Shown piece after piece: positions 63,403 to 64,000 of a stretch of 64,000 nucleotides of DNA. The position numbers and the translations under genes were made by a program. Source of the stretch: Sarea resinae (Eukaryota); contig JAPEUD010000024.1 of NCBI GenBank assembly GCA_026026165.1, positions 62,001 through 126,000 of the forward strand, given 5' to 3'. Under the pieces are notes generated by a model. It saw only the letters and a program-made list of their open reading frames with translations, ran no database searches and had not been told where the DNA came from. Position 1 is the stretch's first letter. Each line of letters opens with the position of its first letter.

Positions 63403-64000
63403 AACTTTCGTTGATGGCTTATCCTGTTCCTTGGTCTGTGTGTGTGCGTGTGTCTGTAGTGCATTTGTGGAAATACTTATATGATGGCATGGGATACGAA
63501 GCTCCCCTCCCCTCCCCGTTTTCTTTCATCAATCCATGTTATATGCACAACTCTATGGGAATCGGAAAGGTGCAAACAGGGAGCGTTTCTTTTTGTATTT
63601 CCGGACACTCTCGCGATGGAGATTCTATCAATGTAAGAACACGAAGTTACTCTATGGAAGGTAGACAGTCTGCACGTAGTATACCAGGGTATCATATTTG
63701 CAATTTCCATGCCCAGAGAACGGCAGGGCGGGGGAGAGGGAATACACATGATCAACAGCGCCAACCGTACTAGCCAGTGTACCTTAGTCCCAGGCCCGTG
63801 TTCGTACTATACATCTGGCGTGGCTGGCTGGCTGGATATCTTTCGCTCTCAGCGTGTTCGCCTTCTCTTAGGACGGTTTGTCCCTGTCCTCTTCGACGTC
63901 CCTGTCGCTGCTTTATCCCCCCATCTCCCAATTCCTCTTTCTCTTCCTTTCACAAGGCACCTTTGCGAGTCGGTAAGAGAACACTCGCTCCCCTTTACTT

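Overview
Gene-dense eukaryotic DNA from a filamentous ascomycete (Pezizomycotina-type): short GT-AG introns with CTRAY branch points, and no tRNA/rRNA, CRISPR array or transposon that I can support. About 21 protein genes were reconstructed by hand, in order: OYE/NADH:flavin oxidoreductase, an NDR-like Ser/Thr kinase, a CYP58/682-like P450, TAF1, TGS1, GRH1, PDI1, ATG22, MED14, MIC26-like, OCT1, UNG1, an amidase, an RfeD-like regulator, an MBL-fold protein, MTM1, a KAR9-family protein, a conserved hypothetical protein, a 5-exon acylphosphatase missing from the ORF track, AOX and a C9orf78/Tls1-like protein. I found no convincing new multi-gene system. The best oddities are fine-scale: a duplicated exon-intron unit in TAF1; a PDI active site built from two 8-nt micro-exons; an amidase intron whose acceptor reads CG instead of AG; an NDR kinase lacking the hydrophobic-motif Thr; GTAC/TACGGAGTA-dense islands in promoter regions; and repeat-laden TpA-rich spacers between convergent genes whose 3' coding ends turn strongly GC-rich. 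All exon boundaries and counts are manual and unverified by transcripts or database search.
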